This document shows, in pieces, positions 62,390-64,000 of a DNA stretch of 64,000 nucleotides. Source of the DNA: Ginglymostoma cirratum (taxonomy: Eukaryota); contig JAHRHZ010000099.1 in assembly GCA_024137785.1 (NCBI GenBank), positions 1,131,262-1,195,261 of the forward strand, written 5' to 3'. Each line of letters starts with the position of its first letter. The stretch's first letter is position 1. The translations under genes were made by a program, and so were the position numbers. The notes under the pieces were generated by a model. That model saw nothing but the letters and a program-made list of their open reading frames with translations, was not told the origin of the DNA and searched no databases.

Positions 62390-62595
62390 GCTCCGAGAGG
62401 ACAGGGAGAAGCGTGAGTCCGGGTTTCTTTGCGTTTCCCACACTCAGCAGCCAATCGCTGCTGTCAGAGGCACAATGGCTAAAGTGCTCTTTCTGAATGA
62501 GGAATTATCCACGCTGACGTTCCTTTGTGCTGAATGCAAGGGACCATCTGGAGAGCTGGTATTAGTCAATAATCCCGGGCCGCAGATTATGAGAA
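62383..62595 (-). promoter_or_regulatory. HES5-type promoter cassette, copy C
   Basis: On the minus strand: TTCTCATA (62588-95), CAGATG (62545-50), GATTGG, TGTGGGAA (62435-42) + 15 bp + GACTCACG (62412-19), TATAAAT (62383-89). Confidence 0.85.
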
Positions 62596-64000
62596 ATTGA
62601 GACAAGTTCTCCAACATGCCACCCAACACAGGGGTAAACAAAAAGCACATCTGTCTCCACTTTAGCCTTCTGTGTCAAAGAGTGTTCAACAAACTGTATC
62701 AACAATAAAATAAATTCCATTAAAGATCATACACCGCCGTTTGATCCATTAAACAGTTTGCAGATATTTTGAATATTCAAATGTTTTGGAACATTGAAAT
62801 GTTTCAAAGTAAAGTGTGCCCTAAAATTAATATTAATTGGAATATAACTTGTTTGGCCAAGATTATTGAAGTTCACAATTGATCCTAGAACAGTGTAGAG
62901 TTGAAGTGTGATAAAATAATACGTAACTAAATAGCTCACTCAAGAATAATTTCCTTGTGGTTTCATATAATTCAGATTCAGGAATAAATTATTTGGAGTT
63001 CAACAATTTGTATTATCTTCTGCAGTATTGTTTTGCCAACTCATTTCCATCTCATTTAGATGTGTGTACACTAGGCAGCAACTCAGCGCAGGCCTGATCA
63101 GAGATCTGAATACTGAGGCAGCGACTGACCTGTTAATGTTGACTACAATTTCAGTTCTACGAATTATTCGTTTTTATAAACATATGATAGTCACTGGATT
63201 GGGCCATCCTGCCCATCGAGCCTGTTCCACCATTCGACAGGCAGCCACTCAATACATTCTTTGTAAGACGGAGGTAGATGGATTCATGACTGACAGGGGA
63301 ATCGAAGATAATGAGGAGTTGAGGCCACATCAAATCATCCATGATCTTATTGAATAGCGGGAAAATCTCGAGGGGCCGAATGGTCTGTTCCGATCAAATT
63401 CTCCTAGCCGCATGGCTGATCTGTTGTCTAAACCCCACCTCCCTGCAGAGTCCACATGTCCCTATTACCACAAAATGTATCAGACACTGTCTACAAATAT
63501 ATTCAATGGCTGACCACCCAGGGATGCCTGGTAGAAAACTCCAATGATTTGCAAACTTTTGAGTGAAAAAAGGACCATCTCCCTGCTTCATTGCAGCATG
63601 CTTGGCGCTTTATTTTTAGACTGGAGCTCTATGTTACGATCCCGCAGCCCGGAAGCATTTTCTCGGCATCTATCCTGCAAAGGCCTCAGAGGATTGTAAA
63701 TGTTTTAGCTGGATCAGCTCTCATTCTCCTAAACTAATGGGAATTTAGGTCTAGCCTACTCAACTTCCTCTCAAAGGGCAACCTCCTTATTGCATGAAGC
63801 AATCTCGTAGAATTCAGTTGCATTCCTTCTACACAAAGTATGCCCTTCCTTAGATGAAGGGACTAAACTATACACTATACTGTACCTAAATTCTGTCCCT
63901 CTGTTCGTTCCTGAATATACTGATGTGGAAGACGATCTTGTTTATGTACTAGGAACTCATTTGCCATGTAGTTACTACAAATGCAGTTTGCCTTGTGTAA

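Overview
Vertebrate genomic DNA, most likely from a shark (inferred from the repeats: HE1-like SINEs, CR1/HER1-like LINEs, Penelope-like elements). Left part: coding exons 1-4 of PPIL2 on the minus strand; the gene continues off the left edge. Right part: a HES5-like (Notch target, bHLH-Orange-WRPW) cluster with four copies of one Notch-responsive promoter cassette (about 21.1k +, 31.3k +, 48.2k +, 62.5k -). Only the 48.4-49.1k copy encodes an intact protein (173 aa), and it lacks the hallmark basic-region proline. The copies at 21.2-22.0k and 61.5-62.4k have decayed coding sequence but keep a roughly 90% identical promoter core, TATA box, both GT-AG introns and a shared 3' hairpin CUUCA-YAU-UGAAG, which the coding gene also has. 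These two are the top candidate for an undescribed system: HES5-derived Notch-inducible non-coding genes or promoter-turned-enhancers. Also present: duplicated RBPJ/E-box composite elements, three families of palindromic Penelope-derived inserts with minimal hammerhead ribozyme cores, a decayed Gmr1-like LTR element, many LINE/SINE fragments and two 400-N gaps. All alignments were done by eye and repeat boundaries are approximate.
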